A stretch of DNA of 63,936 bases, the filler included, from Dicyema japonicum (Eukaryota; Animalia; Dicyemida), in NCBI GenBank assembly GCA_011109175.1. It is 5 parts of 5 records of this genome, joined end to end, with 100 filler letters (N's around TTAATTAATTAA, not from the genome) between each part and the next. Parts side by side here need not be neighbours in the genome. Positions count along the whole stretch, not along the records: positions 1 to 31,773 come from RDEW01000009.1; 4 more parts are not named here. The stretch is one strand, 5' to 3'. The notes under the pieces were generated by a model. It made no database searches. It was not told the origin of the DNA and saw only the letters and a list, made by a program, of their open reading frames with translations. The translations under genes and the position numbers were made by a program. Numbering within the stretch: the stretch's first letter is position 1; each line of letters opens with the position of its first letter. Below are positions 1-12,609 of this stretch, one piece after another.

Positions 1-1676
1 GCCATCCTCTGTTTCAGCCAGTAAGGTTGTATCGTCAGCACAGCGCAAATTATTGATGTTCCTGCCTCCAATTTTAATCCCGTTATTTGATACAGTATCC
101 AATTTAGTCATGATCATTTCGGCATAAATATTGAATAGGAAATAATAAGCATCCTTGTCTTATTCCTTTACAAATTTTGAACCAATCGGTATTTCCATAC
201 ACTGTTCTAACAGTAGCTTCTTGATCCTTATAAAGAGATTTGATAAGCAATATCAGATGGGCATCGAATCCAAATTCTTTTAAAACGGACCACAGCTTGT
301 CATGTATAACGGAATCAAAACCTTTCCGATAGTCAATGAAGCACATGTATACATTCTTTTGGTATTTATGGGCTTTCTCCATAATCCACCGGATATTTAC
401 TATATGGTTACTTGTGCCTCGTCCCTTCCTGAATCCTGCTTGGATATCCGGTAGAAGAATTTCGGCATTTGGCATTAGAAGATGTTGTATTATCTTTAGA
501 ACTATTTTTTTGACGTGGGAATTAAGGCTATTGTACGATAGTTTGAACAGTCCTTGCTATCTCCTTTTTTCGGTATTGGAATTAATTTAGATCTTTTCCA
601 CTCACGTAGCCAAATACCATTTTCCCAAATTTTTTGACATAGACTGGTGATAGCTGTCACCGGTATAGCCTTCAACAATTCGCTTGAGATGTTGTCAATC
701 CCCAGTGCCTTGTTCCCCGTTAATTGCCATGTAGCCTACACGCATTCCTCCTAAAGGATTTTATGCCCCTCACTCAAGGTTGCTTCATCAACATATATGG
801 GTGGCACACAGTTTCTGAATATAGCTCCAACGAATTCGTATGTTCTGTTATATATTCTCTCCAACGAATTCGTATGTTCTGTTGGCCTAGCAATTCAACA
901 CCATCCTTGATTTTGCCCATCATTGTCGTATTGCAGTGTATCCTCCAGTAGTCTTTTTTATCCTTCCTGGCTGCCTTTTTGAATTCAGAGTTAAGTTTTC
1001 TTATCTCGTCTATATTCCCAAAGACTTTAGCAGCTTTACGAGCCTCAGCAATGTTTAGGGGTTGCCAGAGACCCACTCAGAGCACTTGGCCAGCGTTTTG
1101 TATTTGACATGTTTTATTGCAGCGTTCCTGAGCAGCTTTACGAGCCTCAGCAATGTTTAGGGGTTGCCAGAGACCCACTCAGAGCACTTGGCCAGCGTTT
1201 TGTATTTAAAATGTTTTATTGCAGCGTTCCTGATTACCAACTGCATGTCATTCCATAATTCATCAGGCATTCTTCCGTTCAAATCCAGTAATCCAATATT
1301 GTGCTTAACTTCCAGACATCGAATTTCTTTACTCGGGGGGTATTCCAAGTGTTACTGAATTTCGTCCTAATTTTTGCAACAAGTGGCTGATGGTCAGTTC
1401 CACAGTCTGCCCCTGGATATGTTTTGACGGCTGTTATAGAGCTTTTTCAACGTTTGGCGCACAAAATATAATCAATCTGGTTCCTAGACATTCCATTTGG
1501 CGACGTCCAAGTGTATTATCGTCGTTTGTGCTGTTTGAACCATGTGTTAGTTATCTGAAATCCATTTTTCTGACAGAATTGGACCAGTCGATCCCCAGCA
1601 TCATTTCTTTTCCCCAAACAATACTTCTGACAATATCCGTATCCGTATGTGGCATACACCAGAGAGCGCCGTCTTT
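1..1676 (-). mobile_element. RTE-clade LINE, inverted 5' part (APE endonuclease C-half to RT YADD region), decayed
   Basis: Minus strand reads NDAGDRLVQFCQKNG..TNTWFKQHKRR*YTW..RNQIDYIL..GADCGTDHQ (APE). It then reads QAGFRKGRGT..CFIDYRKGFDSV..GIRQGC (RT) and NINNLRCADDTTLLAETEDG at the window edge. In-frame stops and frameshifts present. Confidence 0.9.
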
Positions 1677-2219
1677 GGTTTATTGCTAAATATCAAAAAG
1701 ACCAAAATTATGACTACTGCTAATAATGGAATAATGGAACTAAAAATTGGGAATGAGAAAATAGAGAGTTGCGATAATGTTGTATTTCTGTGATGTCTAA
1801 TTAATCGGAATGGTGACGGAGGCCTGGAAATCAAGAGGCGAATTGCCATGGGACGAGACACCTTCCAGAGAATGAATAGAATTTGGAAAAACAAAGATAT
1901 TTCCTTAAGGACCAAATGCAGATTAGTTAATGCAATCATGTTCCCGGTTTTTTATACGGCGCAGAATCATGGACATTGAAAAAGGCGGATAGGCGAAGAA
2001 TTAATGCTTTTGAGCTGTGGTGCTGGAGGAGGTTATTAAGAATCCCTTGGACCTACAAAGTAACAACCATCAATGTACTCAAACGGGTAGAGACTGACAT
2101 TTCGCTAGAAGGAAGAATCGTAAAACATAGATTGGCGTTCTTTGGGAATGTTGTCCGCTCTGATTCACTGGAAAGAACCATTATGCTGAGCAATATTACT
2201 GGGAAAAGAAGACCTGGCC
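1677..2219 (+). mobile_element. RTE-clade LINE, sense 3' part (post-RT region), cut by single-N join
   Basis: GLLLNIKKTKIM..EIKRRIAMGRDTF..ISLRTKCRLVNAIMFP..RRINAFELWCWRRLLRIPWT..GKRRPG, typical of the RTE C-terminus. Confidence 0.88.
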
Positions 2220-2220
2220 N

Positions 2221-2345
2221 GGTCGTTGCGCCATCACCCCTGTTAAGACCGACGGGTTCCAGAAGGCAAGCAAAGCCGGCTTCTTCGATAGCCCTCATGC
2301 CTGTCAAGTTTAACGTTTATATATTTATCATTTGCGGGTATTATT
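2221..2345 (-). mobile_element. CRE-like non-LTR fragment (restriction-like endonuclease region)
   Basis: RAIEEAGFACLLEPVGLNRGDG closely matches [22 protein letters not shown] of the element at 16.3-17.9 kb. Confidence 0.75.
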
Positions 2346-2441
2346 AAAGTGACTTATAATTAAAAACCAATCAATCCACATCACAAAATAGATCAGTCCA
2401 ATCTTAAACAAACAAATATTAGTAATAGGAGGTAAAATTAG

Positions 2442-4058
2442 TTAGTTTCTACTGCGATATATTACTAAAGTGTCCTTAGGGGACTGAATCATGGACGAAA
2501 GGTCAATCTCAGGAAAATGACCGTTCACTAAACTAAACTCAAAATTGGCGATAAGATGAGCCCAAATTGTCTTAATCTGCACATATGCGAACGATTCCCC
2601 AATACAACGATGTCTCCCCTGTCCAAACGGAATGTAAGAGTATCTCCCAATTTTTGTGACGTCATAATCCAAGAATCTACCAATAAAACACTCATTAACC
2701 TGTCAGGATTAAATTCTGTAGCATTCTGCCATATATTCTTCAACAGATGGTTTACAGGAGCTGATATACACACCTGGTGACCACTTGGTATCACATAACC
2801 ACACACATTCTACTCAAATGATAAAGTCGTGGACCTGTGGAGTCTTACACAATCTCATAGAAGTCAACAGAGGAGGGCGTAGACGAAGGGTTTCCTTCAG
2901 ACACCGATCAAGAAGTTCCATATCCTCTAGCTGTTCATAGGTAATGCAGCCATCAGTTCCTCTCACATTGATCTGTTCCTCGTATAAGGTTTCTTGTAGA
3001 TCCTTGTCATTGGCGATGTAGAATCCAAGCCAGGAAGAGGTCGTTGAGGAAGTGTGCTGTCCAGCCAACAACATTCCAATAAGGAGTCCAACAACTTCAC
3101 TGTCTTCCATTCTCCGTCCATCACTGTATACAGAATCTAGTAGAGTCTGCATCATGTCCTCTTTTTTCTCTCCCGATTCTCTCCTAGCCTTCACTGCACG
3201 TGAAAAGATTGAGTAAATTTTGTTGTGGGCGTTGTCTCTCACACTGAGATCAAACAAATATCACACGATTTAACTGACAGAGGAAACCAGCTTGGAAGAA
3301 GCCAAACTTCAGGTCGAAATCCTTTGTCAAGGTCACTCATGAGTTTAGCTACGCTTTCATCCATTATTTCTCTGAGTTCGTCCCCTTTATGTAATATTAA
3401 AGAAAACCGAGAAGACATCTAGATGCTGTGAAGATTATAAGGGAAGATAAGTCCTCAAATAAATCTGAAAGCCTTAATATACGTTGTACTTGTTGTACCT
3501 CGGATTTATCCCATCTTTTGACAAAATCCTGGGTTTCCTGCTTTATTTTAGGGCAGAATGTTCGAAACCGGTCGGAATTTAGTCCACTTTTCCCGATCTT
3601 CTTCTGCTGAAGGAAAATCTGCGATAAAATTATAGATAGACGTGGTTTGGGATGTCGTAGACAACTCCGGGACCAAAGACAGGAGTCGTTAACTTCGAAT
3701 AGACCTCTTCGGCATTAAGGACTTCATTTTTGCTTGTAAAAAACAGCTCAGCGGCTTCACTCCCCAGCAAATAAGTGAACGTCTTTCCCATCATAGTGAA
3801 GCTAACTACAGGTCCATACTAACAGATTAACAAAATCTCAACTTTCTCGTAAGCCGAGAGGAGGAAATTAACTGGATCCTTTGAAAATTGAAAGGCTGAA
3901 CCGACAAACGGAATAGGGGAGTAAATATGAGGCGGCAAATTTTGTTGATTTGATAACCTTAGTGTATTCAAGTAGTAAATAATAAGTGAGATGATAATTA
4001 TTAATAATCCAAAGTTGAAAGGAGTTATTGATAACTCAGAAATGTTAGGCAACTCCAT
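2442..4058 (-). CDS. CYP51: Sterol 14-alpha-demethylase (cytochrome P450 51) with 5 clear micro-introns and one candidate
   Basis: Spliced reading: TM anchor..[15 protein letters not shown]|[36 protein letters not shown]|[38 protein letters not shown] (heme Cys). Introns 3819-3842 (24 nt), 3619-3641 (23), 3385-3407 (23), 3244-3266 (23), 2810-2834 (25), 2677-2699 (23), plus candidate 3465-3482 (18). Standard TAA stop. Confidence 0.95.
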
Positions 4059-4099
4059 ATGACAACAATACCGTTATAATTTTAAACTTAAAATTTAAT

Positions 4100-4760
4100 A
4101 GTTAATTAAATAAAATTTATGTTATCATTTACGTTTCCCTTGAAATGTCATCGTCCACTCTGTTCACATAGGATGATAGACTCGGAAACAAATCTATTGA
4201 CTTATACATTGGCAACGCTAAAATCCCTTTCACCAAGAACCCATAGATTTTGGGTATCAACATTCATTGTACCATATGTTTTCCCCATATTGAAAAGACC
4301 ATCGGAACCTGTCAGGAAAAATACTGATAATCGCTATTTGGAAGGTCCAATAAAGAATCATTTTCCACCCCTTGTGGATCCTTATACAAACAATTCATTG
4401 AGACGATCATGTGCCTATGCCTTCGCTTCATTGGAATAAACATCTCATGGACGAACTGCCTGAAAATCGAAGCCTGTCTACGCTAGGTGGCTACGTCAAT
4501 AAAACACCTGGCAAAACTGGTTATCACCCTCCACTCTCGACCATTTTGTCCGCGAAAATGGAAAGGGTTTCTTAGCCCATTGAAAACTGAAGTGCCTACC
4601 ACAGAAAGACCATCTATCCCTAAAAACAGAAAATACATCACGCCGGAGGAATATAAGGGAAACACTGTTTCCTGCTTAATCCGTAGCTGTGCTGGATCAA
4701 AAGTTGAGGAGCGTCTTCAGAATTGTCGGAATCACCTAATTCATTTAATATATTAGGTGT
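4100..4760 (+). mobile_element. Degenerate Ingi-like LINE 3' fragment
   Basis: Frameshifted IPFTKNP*ILG motif resembles IPYTRIHKILGVTFD of the neighbouring copies. Confidence 0.5.
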
Positions 4761-5910
4761 GACTCCCTCACTGTCCCCATTGTCTATGGACTAATGGAAT
4801 GTCCGATAAAGTTAGTGTCTGAATCTCATCCATCAACAGTCTTATAAACGAAGATGACCACAATTACCTCGGAACCTGCATGGAAACTTGCAAATAATCT
4901 TACCGAGCCTGTGGTCTCGACGGTGTCTGTGTTATTCATCCCAAGCTCTATGACCTCAGGGACATATCTTGTCATCGAGGCTATACAACTATTCTATCAA
5001 TTCCTATACAATACTAAATATATGGAAGAATTCAGTCTCCATAACTTGCACCTTGTCAAAAGTGTTGGAGCAGCTTTTATTAATGTTAATCTTTCCTTTT
5101 TTACACTTTACCGATTTTCAACATGGCTTTTAAAGCAGGCCGTTCTACAACAACTTATTTGGATCTGTCTTCCAGTTCATCACAAACAGCTCAACAAGAA
5201 GACGCATTTACGTATGGCTCTGCTGTCTATCGATATACAGAAAAGCCTTTGACTCTATTTCGAAGACACTCTTAACAAAAAAGATCTTAAATTCAAATTT
5301 ACATCCGAACATCATGCTATGGTTGGAAAATTTTTTAACTGACCAACATGGTAGAGTTCAGATTGGGAAAATTATTTCAAAATAAAGACTACTACCAAAA
5401 GAAGTCCCATAAGGTTCTCCTCTCTCTCCTCTCTTATTTTAAATTATTTCTACACGATTTACCTACTAAACAAAGATCAGGAAACTATGTGTTTATCTTA
5501 CGCGGACGACCTGATTATCGCTGCAAGGGACAAATCTCCTACCAGTGCTGTGGCGGTGGTTCAGTCACACCTCAACCAGGTGTGTGACTGGCTATCCGTG
5601 AATGTGCTATCTGTGTCTGCTTCCAAGTCTCAGTTCACCCTATTTACTACGGACATGAGATTTAAAGGTGGACTTGAGATATTCATCGAAAACATTCCCA
5701 TTCCTTATACGCTAATCCATAAGATCCTTGGAGTTACATTCGACTCTCTATTACGTTCTCCAGTCACATGGAGGATGTCTTAACCAAGGGTCTTCGAAAA
5801 TGGAGCTTCCTAAAAGCTATCATAACAAGAGCCACCTACTGCTTTTATCAGCAAATTATATTTTTAGGTTATTGAATATGTCTGTTCTTCTTAGAGATTT
5901 GCTCTTACTC
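4760..5910 (+). mobile_element. Ingi/Vingi-like LINE fragment (linker plus RT), decayed
   Basis: SEPAWKLANN linker (compare SEPARKLANK at 10.7 kb), LLSIDIQK, LSYADDLIIAARDK, KILGVTFDSLL. Near-identical to 6950-7790. Confidence 0.85.
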
Positions 5911-6950
5911 AATAACTTTGTTTATGGCTTTGTACCTTGGACTCTCTCTAGCGTTCCTCTTGCAAAAAAAGACCGTAAAGATCTTTATAATCGACCATCT
6001 TTCCGCATCCACTCAGAGGCAGATGTAATCCCTTATTATTGTGGAGTCGTCACCCAATAGCGGCACAAGAATGGTGCATGGGAAGGCTCTGACCCATACA
6101 TTACTTTCGTTAGTCAATAATATGATGCCAGATGATACTGGTATAGTTACAGTTTATCTCATCATTAGTTTTGAACAATAAATGTTTATCCCAGTCTCGT
6201 TGTTTATCAAATTGAAAAAGATCGGATTATGATAGGCCATCATCTTATCTACATACCAGTTAGATAATATATTTACCCCCGCTGCCTTCAAGTGAAAGAA
6301 ACCGGTGACAAATAATACTTCACAGCCAAGAGTGGACTCTCCAGAGATCCGACAGTTGCATTTGGTTCTGTGTGAAAGTCGAAAGTGACCCGGACAAATA
6401 AGAGTATTAAGATGGTAAAGAAGGCATAATGGGCAAATTGCAGAGGACGATTTTCCGATTTTGTTTAAATATAAACGTAAATCTATGTGATGACACAACG
6501 CAGGTGCGCCAAGTTGACACGAGCTTGCAATGGTTTGGAAAACTTCGTTCCCGCCATTATTCGGCGATAGGTGTCCCAGAAGCTTGTTAGTACCAGTACT
6601 TTAGATGGTTTTTATAGATATCCGATCATTAATTATTTTCTGGCGTGACTGAGAGAGCTCAGTCTCTGGGATGGTTCGTAGAATCCGAATTTGATCACAG
6701 AGGGTTAAATAAATCTCTTTTTGTTAATATTTATTTTAATAACACCGGGAACACCGAGAAAGAAAGACAAAAGAGTCAAACAGTTAGGTGATCCCAATCC
6801 TCGCAATCAATTGTGCCATTCGACGTCTGTGATCTTCCATTAATCCCACTACTTTCCGGAAGCGTCTTCTCTCGGTTTTGCAGAGGAATCCGATCGTGGA
6901 ATTTCTTATCCAATCGGATTTCTCTTGCCATGGAAAGGATCAGACGAANC
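5910..6950 (+). repeat. About 1 kb direct repeat of 12910-13930 (composite of CRE fragment, LINE zinc-knuckle C-terminus and LINE 3' end)
   Basis: ataactttgtttatggctttgtaccttgg onward is shared at an offset of about 7.0 kb with scattered SNPs and indels. This copy ends at the single N at 6949. Confidence 0.9.
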
Positions 6951-7790
6951 CCTTTTTACACTTTACCGATTTTCAACATGGCTTTAAAGCAGGCCGGTCT
7001 ACAACAACTTATTTGGGATCTGTCTTCCAGTTCATCACAAACAGCTTCAACACGAAGACGCATTTACGTACGGCTCTGCTGTCTATCGATATACAGAAAG
7101 CCTTTGACTCTATTTCGAAGACACTCCTAACAAAAAAGATCTTAAATTCAAATTTACATCCGAACATCATGCTATGGTTGGAAAATTTCTTAACTGACCA
7201 ACATGGAAGAGTCCGCATTAGGAAAATTATTTCAAAATAAAGACTACTCCCAAAAGAAGTCCCATAAGGTTCTCCTCTCTCTCCTCTCTTATTTAAATTA
7301 TTTCTACACGATTTACCTACTAACAAAGATCAGGAAACTATGTGTTTATCTTACGCGGACGACCTGATTATCGCTGCAAGGGACAAATCTCCTACCAGTG
7401 CTGTGGCGGTGGTTCAGTCACACCTCAACCAGGTGTGTGACTGGCTATCCGTGAATTTGCTGTCTGTGTCTTCATCCAAGTATCAGTTCACCCTATTTAC
7501 TACGAACAGGAGATTTAAAGGTGGACTTGAGATATTCATCGAAAACATTCCCATTCCTTATACGCGAATCCATAAGATCCTTGGAGTGACATTCGACTCT
7601 CTATTACGTTCTCCAGTCACATGGAGGATGTCTTAACCAAGGGTCTTCGAAAATGGAGCGTCCTAAAAGCTATCATAACAAGAGCCCCTTCTCACCTACT
7701 GCTTGTATCAGCAAATTATATCTTCAGGTTATTGTGCTGACGATTGAATATGTCTGTTCTTCTTAGAGATTTGCTCTTACTACTTGGAGG
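6950..7790 (+). mobile_element. Ingi/Vingi-like LINE RT fragment
   Basis: FQHGFKAGRSTTT..ALLSIDIQKAFDS..KEVP*GSPLSPLLFKLF..LSYADDL..KILGVTFD. Confidence 0.9.
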
Positions 7791-8419
7791 GTCAAGCATA
7801 TGAACTCGTTGGATCATGCGGCATATGTAATCAGACACCATATCCATCCCCAGTTTCCTTTCAGAGGTGGCGACGTTGAGAAATTGCCAGGGTTCCTACG
7901 TATGTGCAATGAGCTAGGAAACCCATTCAGAGAGAGGGTGGTTGATGCGGATGAATTCAGATCGACAATAAAAAGTACACTCCGATTGAATTACTTGCAG
8001 ATGTAAAAGATGGCACTTCGGGGAAGCAGTTGGTTCACTGGTGGATCATTCGAGGTGAATTAGAAAGATGTTGGAGGCTGGGCTCACTTAATTGAGTTAA
8101 TACTTTCTTACATGGTGGTCTTTGGGCTTTCAAATAAATAAATCTCAATTGGAGAGTTATGATTATTGTGATAAATGTGGATATTTATAATTAACTGGTG
8201 TGATAATCAATAATCAATGTGAGTATTAACATATCTTAAACACTTTGAAAGTTTATAGAAATTGATAAACAAAATACCTAAGACTAAAATTAAACTATCG
8301 ATCCTTGAAGATGTAAAGGCAGATCTATTGGCTTAACAACCGTGTTTGATTGTTAGAGCATGAAACTGATATCCAAGGACAGAAATATGTCAATACAATT
8401 ATTGAAAGAATTTCTAATA

Positions 8420-9070
8420 CCAAGAAAATATTTTTAATATCTTGTCGTCATTGACTTCTGATGCTAACTCTTCGATTATCTGTCAGATAATTGACGATGT
8501 TCTAAGGAATTTTGCGATAAATCGCTAAGACGCTGTAGAACACATTCGAAATTGCACTTCATATCTCCACAAATTATAACTTTTTCCAATCTTGTGAACT
8601 GTTCAAGATTAGACAATAGCTTTTATAGCATAAAGAAATTGGAGGGATGTACACATTTGCTATAGTCATTCGGAGTGAGTGTAACTTTATTTTCACTGTG
8701 AGTTGTTCTAATGCATCTTCAGTGTCCATAAAGCTTGATATGTAATTTGAAAGGTCCACGAGATTAATCTGATTATGGACAATGGTAAGTAAGCCTCCAC
8801 CTCTTCCAAATTTTCGGTCTTTCCGGAGCACGTAATATCCAGGCAACGTTGGAGTTGAATGAGTAAGCTTTGACTCTTGAATTAAAGCTATATCCACTGA
8901 GTTGGACTTGTGCAATAATCAATGGCGATAATCAATGGCGGTCCTGGATTCGGTTTTACATCGCCGGAAATAACTAGTAATGCAGACACCATCCACGTCT
9001 CGATGAAGAAGGGATAAAGATTTTGCGGCTCTTTTTCACATAAATTGTGCAATGCCACCACATCATAGTT
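8420..9070 (-). mobile_element. 5' end of Ingi-like LINE: leader, degenerate 2A motif and APE N-half
   Basis: ALLVISGDVKPNPGP at 8939-8980, followed by VDIALIQESKL..GYYVLRKDR..GGGLLTIV..IANVYIPP. Confidence 0.85.
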
Positions 9071-9089
9071 GAGCCACGCGACATGTTTA

Positions 9090-11570
9090 TTGATTGATTG
9101 ATTTAACCCCAAGACCACCAGGAAAGATAAGTCAAAACTAACTAATTAGGTGATCCCAGCTTCCAACAACATCCGACCTCTCTTTATTTGGTCTTCTGAT
9201 GATTTAACCGCATTCCGGAAGCGTCTTCTCTTCCTTCTGCAAAGGAATTCAATCGGCGTGCACTTTTTTATTACCGACCGAAATTTCTCTGAACCTTTTC
9301 ATTGAGTGGGTTTCCCAGTTTCTTGCAGAAACGTTGGAAACCCTGGCCATTTTCCAACGTTTCCTCATCAGAAGCGAGGTCGCCAATGGGATGTCCATGT
9401 GGTGGATAATTTTCCGTCTGAGGGAGTTCAAACGGTCCACTTTCAAAAAGGGAATCGCAAATCTCCAGGCGGAGCAGGCATATTCAATGGTAGGTACGAT
9501 GACTTGTTGGTAGACCTTGCTGACGCAAGCAACAGGGAGGAAAGGGCTCTTCTTTATCATCGCATTCAAAATGTTCCAATTCCGAAGACCCTTGGCAAGC
9601 ACCTCCTCCACGTGACTCGAGAACGTCAACAGAGAGTCGAAAACTACACCAAGGATCTTCTGAGTCTGCGTAGAAAGGATGGGAATGTTTCCGAGGATAT
9701 CTCAAGCTTACTTTTAAACCTTCTGTCCGTAGTAAATAATGTGAACTGAGACTTGGATGCTGATACACATAACATATTTGGAGATAGCCAGTCACAAATT
9801 CGGTTTAGGTGTGTCTGAACAGTTGCTACAGCCATGGAAGAAGATTTATCTCTTGCAGCGATAATTAGGTCGTCCGCATAGGATAAAAACCCTGGTCATT
9901 GGTAGTAGGTAGGTCATGTAGAAATAGGTTGAAAAGGAGAGGAGATAAAGGGGAGCCTTGCGGGACTCCATTGGGGAGTAATCTTGATTTCGAAGTGGTT
10001 TTGTCAATCCGGACCCTTCGGGGACGTCCAGTTAAGAAGTTTTCCAGCCATAGCTTGATGTTTGGGTGTAAGTTCGAATTAAAAATCTTTTGCGTTAGGA
10101 GTTTCCTCGGAACAGAATCAAAGGCCTTCTGTATGTCGATGGATACTAAGGCCGTAAGTGTGTTTCATGTTGAAGCCATCAGTAATAAACTGGGAGATAG
10201 AACCTAAATGAGTCGTTGTCGAACGGTCTGCCCTGAAACCATGTTGAAACTCTGGTAGATGTCGAAAAGGAGAGATGCATATTAACACAAGCTTTTCCAG
10301 TACTATTGATAAAACACAAGTTATTGAGATGGGGCGGTAAGAAGAGAGAACGTCTTTTGGTTTTCTGGGGTTTAGATTGGTGTAATCAGGGAGTTTTTCC
10401 ATATATTAGGTAGCATATGATAGTTGATAGAGTCGTTGTACAGTCTTGAAAGTATGGCCCGTGCCTGAGGTCAAAAGTGTTGGAGGTGAATAGTGAAAAT
10501 ACCGTCGGGACCACAAGTACGAGTTGGACGTAGCAATTTAATAGCCTCGTCAACATCATGCGGGGTGAAGAAGGTGGAATACGGTTCTTGTTGTGGCCGG
10601 CGCCGTTCAACAAGTGTAGAACAAGAAAAATTCTTATGGCTGATTGATACGGAGTACTTCATAATCTTGTTTGCGAGTTTGCGTGCGGGTTCCGAAGCGT
10701 TGCGGGTAACGGCCTCAGTTCCGCGGTCCTCCTCATTGATAAGGCTATAGATCCTTCTTAGCGTTTTCCCAAATTGTGGCACAAGAGTTTTTGTGACATA
10801 GTCGTCCAACTAGGCGGCTCCATTTGAGTCTGTTGTAAGTTCGAATAAGCTCAGATAAATTGGTATTCAGTGAACGGAGTGTGGAAAAAAAGTCAAGCGG
10901 AAGAACAACACGGTGAACAAATAGGCTTTCTAAGTCTCAACAAAATGGAGTTATGGTCGCTTGAAAAACCATAACAAACATTCCATGAAGTACATCCACC
11001 ATAGAGGGAGAGCAGAGGGACAGGTCTGGGGATGTTTGGACTGTCCCTTCTGCGGGACGGGGTCCTTATGTAGATGTCCAGATCATTAAGGATAGTCAGA
11101 TCATTGAGCAGGGAAAGTATGTATTCGCCATGACTGTCGGCTGATTGAGTCCGGAGCCAGAGTGGATGTTTGGCATTTAGGTTTCCGCATAGTAGCAGAT
11201 CCTTTAGTCCACCCAGGCTCAATAGGTTGGGGATGTATGAAGTAGTACATGACCCCTGAGGCGGGATATAGATATTACACAGTGTAAAATATCTTTTCGA
11301 AGAAAAGGGAACTTCAATAAAAATCTGTTCCAGAATAAGATCCCCTTCGCAGAGAGAAGATACAGAAAGGGTGACATCCGTGAATTTAAGTCCATCCTTG
11401 ACGATAGTCAATAATCCTCCTCCGAGACTTCTTGTTTGGCGAAGTACACAATATCCAGGAAAACAAGGTGTTGGGGACTTTATAGAGAGCTTCGATTCTT
11501 AAATGAAAGCAATGTCCACTTTCAAATGAGATAAGAGGGATCGTAATTTCAGGATCGTTTGATTGATTTA
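9090..11570 (-). mobile_element. Near-complete decayed Ingi/Vingi-like LINE (APE, linker, RT, GIT-stop end)
   Basis: VDIAFI*ESK..GGGLLTIV..CNIYIPP..CGNLNAKHPLW (APE), TCGPDGI, SYRPISITC..FQHGFRADRSTTT, GVPQGSPLSPLLF, YADD, and GGGATCACCTAA at 9146-9157 with an (AATC)-rich tail. Confidence 0.88.
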
Positions 11571-12289
11571 TATTGTGTAATTAAGTTTTAACGATTTTTC
11601 TATTTTTAATATAATAAAAGTAAATTGGAAAGATAAATTACTGTTGAAGCATAGAAGACATTATCACACTCCATTTGAAAAAAACTCATTGAAAGGGAGA
11701 AGTAGTGGCCTTACGTTTAAAGGCTACCATCAAATGCCAAGATCATTGGGTTGCTCAAATCTTAATAAAGGTAATGACTGGGTAATGTGGGACTCCAGGG
11801 GAAGTCCAGACCCTTCGGTGGAGACCCATGTCATTTCAGCTGTCCCCCAGGTTCACGTGATTAATACAAATTCAATCATTCATATTGAAATTTTAAAGAG
11901 ACTCATATAATGTGGTTGGATGGTTTAAATAAGTGCACTTTTAAGAAAGATGAAATTTCCACTTGAAAATAAAGGATGGTAGAGAAAATTCAATATTTGC
12001 TCATTTCAATTAAAAAATTAATTTGTTATTCTTTCAATATCTCTGAATCTTAAATTAATATGCCTCGTGAAAGTGTTGCACGTGTTAGCAACGTTAGTTT
12101 GATGTTCCTTCTCTTATCTTTGGATCAATGTATGACGATTACTGTCGGCACATAGGAGAATCAATAGTACAGAACAATGATGACACCAGATCAAGTCGGA
12201 ACACATAGATTGAGGGAACTCCGAATCGTGGGAAGAATGTGAATCTCATATTTAGCAAATGTATGTACAGATTCAGAATTGGAATTGAT

Positions 12290-12600
12290 TATAAGTTTTT
12301 TACAGCTGGAAAGTGAATCACATTTTCATGTGAAAATTGTGGCTTCCATAAACTTAGTTTTGTAATGAAAACATAGATGTCGTCACACAAGTGAGCGATG
12401 TGTTGTAATTTCAAATTAAGATCACTCAAATGTGCCACAGCAAAAGCTGGATCCAAAGACCAGTATCGTTGTTCTGGGAACTTTCGTATATGAGGGCGAG
12501 CAAAAAGTTTATGCGCATGAATGTATTCTGACCACTTAGAACGTTCATACTGCGACCTGTCAATATGACCCCAGTGACAGAAATTCACTGCTTTTTTCTA
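12290..12600 (-). mobile_element. hAT (SPIN/GTF2IRD2-type) transposase fragment
   Basis: AFAVAHLSDLNLKLQ..LCDDIY..KLSLWKPQF..NVIHFP resembles the DLAFLVDI..HLN.LNL.LQ...KL.LW..Q....HFP motif of SPIN-like hAT transposases (from memory). Confidence 0.7.
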
Positions 12601-12609
12601 GTATTCACA

